Part shown: positions 61,094-64,000 of the stretch, piece after piece
Layout of the letters: each line of letters starts with the position of its first letter
How positions within the stretch are numbered: position 1 is the stretch's first letter
From: an uncultured Haloferula sp.
GTDB taxonomy: Bacteria > Verrucomicrobiota > Verrucomicrobiia > Verrucomicrobiales > Akkermansiaceae
Length of the DNA stretch: 64,000 bases
Assembly: GCA_965652295.1 (NCBI GenBank)
Contig: CBFGTS010000005.1
Coordinates: forward strand, 1 to 64,000
Reading direction: 5' to 3'
Notes under the pieces: generated by a model
Told to the model about the DNA's origin: nothing
The model's database searches: none
Seen by the model: only the letters and a program-made list of their open reading frames with translations
Translations under genes and position numbers: made by a program

Positions 61094-62170
61094 TCAATCG
61101 GTGAAGAAATGGCGGCCGGTGCGGGACGCCTCGGTGTCGTGGTCGCTCTCCCAGTAGACGTCCTCCATGATGGATTCGACGGTGGGGGCGGGGGCGTTCT
61201 CGGCGAATTCGACGGAGGCGGCGGCCTCCTGCTTGGCGGCCTGGTCGATGTCCTTGATGAGGTCGTCGTTCAGCACGCCCTCGTCCACGAGGCGGCGTTC
61301 CCAGAGGCGGATGGGATCGTGGTTCTGCTTGTAGTTCTCGATCTCCTCCGGGGTGCGGTATTTCTTGTGGTTCGCGTCGGCAATACTATGGCCGTAGTAA
61401 CGATAGGTGGCGATCTCGAGGATGGCGGGTTTGCCCTGCTTGCGGGCGCGCTCCATGGCGATGTGGGTCTTGGCGCGGACTTCGTAAATGTCTCCGCCGT
61501 TCACCAGATCCCAGTCCATGTCGTAGGCTTCGGCGCGCTGGGCGAGGCAGCCTTTGAAGGCGGACGAGCGCTTCTGGGAGGTCCCCATCGAGTAGCCGTT
61601 GTTCTCGATGATGTAGACGACCGGCAGCTCGAAAAGGGCGGCGATGTTGAGGGATTCGTGGTAGGCGCCCTGGTTGACCGCTCCGTCGCCCAGATAGCAG
61701 AGGGCGCAGCCTTCGAGGCCCTTGTACTTCAAGCCGTAGGCGAGGCCGAGACCGAGCGGGGTCTGGCCGGCGACGATCCCGTGACCGCCCCAGTAGTTTT
61801 TGTCCGGTGCGAAGAAGTGCATCGAGCCGCCCTTGCCCTTCGAGCAGCCGGAGGCCTTGCCGTAGAGCTCGGCCATGCACTCGTTCATCGACATGCCGAC
61901 GGAGAGGGCGTGGGCGTGGCAGCGGTAGGCGGTGATGTTGTGATCGTTCTCGCCGCAGAGCGAAAGGGTGCCGACGGCGACGGATTCCTGGCCGATGTAC
62001 AAATGGAGGAAGCCCCCCATTTTCCCTGCGTTGTAGTACTTCAGCGCGGCTTGCTCGAACCGGCGGATGCGCACCATCTTGCGGTAGAGCTCGACTTTCT
62101 GGTCGGCGCTCAGCGCCTGGTTGACGGGAGAGCCCGCGAAATCGAGCTGCTGGGATTCGGCGGAAAACAT
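61094..62170 (-). CDS. pdhA: Pyruvate dehydrogenase E1 alpha
   Basis: GFLHLYIGQE, GKGGSMH, GDGA...ENN TPP motif, YRYYGHS. Confidence 0.96.
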   Translation of the reverse strand: MFSAESQQLDFAGSPVNQALSADQKVELYRKMVRIRRFEQAALKYYNAGKMGGFLHLYIGQESVAVGTLSLCGENDHNITAYRCHAHALSVGMSMNECMAELYGKASGCSKGKGGSMHFFAPDKNYWGGHGIVAGQTPLGLGLAYGLKYKGLEGCALCYLGDGAVNQGAYHESLNIAALFELPVVYIIENNGYSMGTSQKRSSAFKGCLAQRAEAYDMDWDLVNGGDIYEVRAKTHIAMERARKQGKPAILEIATYRYYGHSIADANHKKYRTPEEIENYKQNHDPIRLWERRLVDEGVLNDDLIKDIDQAAKQEAAASVEFAENAPAPTVESIMEDVYWESDHDTEASRTGRHFFTD

Positions 62171-62220
62171 AGGCGCAGGGGACTTAGGACGGGCGTTGGA
62201 TGGAGGCAAGGTTTATCCGA

Positions 62221-62790
62221 TCATGAAGGGCGCACGGCCGGGACGGAGGAAGAAGCGGGCAGGGCGAGAGGACGCAGGGCCGCGACAAAGACGGCGGTGA
62301 AGAGAAGGTTGGCGGCAGCGAGATTGCGGAAGAAGACCCAGGTGGGAGCGAAACCTTGGGGGCCGGTCCACTGCGCTTGGAGGAAGCCGATCGCGGTTTT
62401 CGGGTAAAGCGGATCGGCGGCGAAGGAGACGCAGTTGCTGACGAAGTAGAATGCGGCGGCGGCGAGCAGCGATCCGCCGAGCACCGCGGCGGTGGAGGGG
62501 CGACTGCGCAGGAAGAGGCCGAGGGCGATCGGTCCGGCGAGACCCGCGAGGATGCCGATGTGGTGGACGCCGAGGACGGGGTAGCCTTGCAGAAGGCTGA
62601 CGAGCGGATCGGTGACCAACCACGCACCCACTGGCAGGAGCCAGGCGGAGCGGCCGCGGAAGAAGATGAGACCACAGAGGAAGACCGCCGGGAGGGGCGA
62701 GAAGTTGGGCATGAACCCGGTCGCGCTGATCACGCGGAAGACGACCAGAAGACCGACGAGTAATACCGAAGCAAGCCATGTCGTGCGCAT
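62221..62790 (-). CDS. DUF6580-like putative transport membrane protein
   Basis: PNFSPL.A..L, FYFVSN and multiple TMs. Confidence 0.7.
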   Translation of the reverse strand: MRTTWLASVLLVGLLVVFRVISATGFMPNFSPLPAVFLCGLIFFRGRSAWLLPVGAWLVTDPLVSLLQGYPVLGVHHIGILAGLAGPIALGLFLRSRPSTAAVLGGSLLAAAAFYFVSNCVSFAADPLYPKTAIGFLQAQWTGPQGFAPTWVFFRNLAAANLLFTAVFVAALRPLALPASSSVPAVRPS

Positions 62791-62874
62791 GCCTCTTCGA
62801 TGCCGCAGGTTGGAGGCCGGGGCGAGTCGAAAATGTTCGCCAGCTGGTGCGAATTCCGTCATTCCACAAGGGAA

Positions 62875-63264
62875 ATGGCACTGAGCGACTGGTTCCGGCA
62901 GGCCTGGGAGGTGCGTGAGCGGGCCTATGCGCCGTACTCCGGGTTCCGGGTTGGAGCGGTGGTGGTGGGTGAAGCAGGTGGGGTGTTTGTGGGATGCAAC
63001 GTGGAGAATCTTTCCTATGGGCTCACCCAGTGTGCCGAGCGGGTGGCGATCGGGGCCGCTGTGGCGGCCGGGGAGCGAAGGATCGTGACAGTGGTGGTGG
63101 TCGCCGACACCGCTGCTCCGGTTTCACCCTGTGGTGCCTGTCGGCAGGTGATGGCGGAATTCGGAGATCCTGAGATTTGGTTGGTGAACCGTGGAAGCTC
63201 GGAGAAATTCCGGCTGAGCGAGCTGCTCCCTCGGGCGACCACCGGGATTCTCGACAAGCCTTGA
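62875..63264 (+). CDS. cdd: Cytidine deaminase
   Basis: [33 protein letters not shown]. Confidence 0.95.
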   Translation: MALSDWFRQAWEVRERAYAPYSGFRVGAVVVGEAGGVFVGCNVENLSYGLTQCAERVAIGAAVAAGERRIVTVVVVADTAAPVSPCGACRQVMAEFGDPEIWLVNRGSSEKFRLSELLPRATTGILDKP

Positions 63265-63275
63265 AAAGGCCGAAA

Positions 63276-63291
63276 TGTTCCACGTGGAACG
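63276..63291. promoter_or_regulatory. parS site
   Basis: TGTTCCACGTGGAACG, matching the parS palindrome. Confidence 0.85.
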
Positions 63292-63343
63292 TGTGACGGG
63301 GCCCTTGTTTCCTCGAAAACCCCTGCTAGCGTCGCGGCCCCGC

Positions 63344-64000
63344 ATGTTTCGCTACCCGAAATCCTACGATGTTCTGGTGATCGGCGCCGGCCACGCCGGC
63401 GTTGAAGCCGCCCTCGCTGCCGCCCGCCTCGGGGCCGAAGTGGCCGTGTTGACCCAGAACCTGGACACCGTGGGGCAGATGTCCTGCAACCCGGCGATCG
63501 GGGGACTGGCCAAAGGCCACATGGTCCGGGAGATTGATGCTTTGGGCGGAGCGATGGGCCTCAACACCGATGCGACGGGCATCCAGTTCCGGATGTTGAA
63601 CGCCTCGAAAGGGCCCTCGGTCCGGGCGCCCCGGGCCCAGTGCGATAAGAAGGCGTATCAGTTCCGGATGAAGTGGGTGCTGGAGAGCACTCCTGGGATC
63701 GATCTTCACCAGGGAAATGTGGCCGAGCTGTGGGTGGAGGACGACGTGATCCTAGGGATCCGCACCTCCTTGGGGATGGAGATTTCAGCGAAGGCCGTCG
63801 TGCTCTCCGCCGGAACCTTCATGCGGGGACTGATGCACGTGGGGCTGCGAAATGAGAAGGGTGGACGGATGGGGGACGCGACTTCGACCGTTTCCGACTC
63901 GCTCAAGGCGCTCGGGTTCCACGTGGAACGTTTCAAGACGGGAACGCCCTGTCGTTTGCTCGGGCGGTCGCTGGACTTTACCCGATGTGAGCGGCAGGAG
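63344..64000 (+). CDS. mnmG: tRNA modification enzyme MnmG/GidA (truncated by window end)
   Basis: Translated manually: MFRYPKSYDVLVIGAGHAG.EAA...MSCNPAIGGLAKG...KGPSV.APRAQ.D. Confidence 0.96.
   Translation, partial: MFRYPKSYDVLVIGAGHAGVEAALAAARLGAEVAVLTQNLDTVGQMSCNPAIGGLAKGHMVREIDALGGAMGLNTDATGIQFRMLNASKGPSVRAPRAQCDKKAYQFRMKWVLESTPGIDLHQGNVAELWVEDDVILGIRTSLGMEISAKAVVLSAGTFMRGLMHVGLRNEKGGRMGDATSTVSDSLKALGFHVERFKTGTPCRLLGRSLDFTRCERQE
63915..63930. promoter_or_regulatory. parS site within mnmG
   Basis: GGTTCCACGTGGAACG. Confidence 0.75.

Overview
High-GC bacterial chromosome segment, most likely Verrucomicrobiota (Luteolibacter/Haloferula-like), judged from the PEP-CTERM proteins, DxDGDG-containing C-terminal domains and gene content. 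Housekeeping genes: lysC, rlmN, mutS, katG-oxyR, murJ, sua5/tsaC, pdhABC, cdd, mnmG. The main highlight is a ~17 kb accessory block between lysC and rlmN made of two convergent operons. The + operon encodes a DUF2235/Tle1 lipase with a lectin-like tail, an Amidase_3 with a lysozyme-like domain, an alpha/beta-hydrolase, a TIR-TIR protein, a stand-alone SLOG protein and a membrane patatin/cPLA2-like phospholipase. The - operon encodes a TIR protein and a giant nSTAND1-TM-WD40-TPR protein with degenerate Walker motifs. Together they look like a Thoeris-like/NLR-like conflict system with envelope-destroying effectors (inference). Other points: a 7-bp tandem repeat inside mutS; an integrase-free one-gene islet flanked by a 122-bp duplication of the mutS 3' end; a receiver domain fused to a DUF499-like C-terminal domain; a leader-peptide attenuator before an MFS transporter; an unannotated 24-aa micro-lipoprotein ORF; and parS sites, DnaA boxes and mnmG suggesting that oriC lies in the window. 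All family assignments come from motif recognition by eye, not from database searches.
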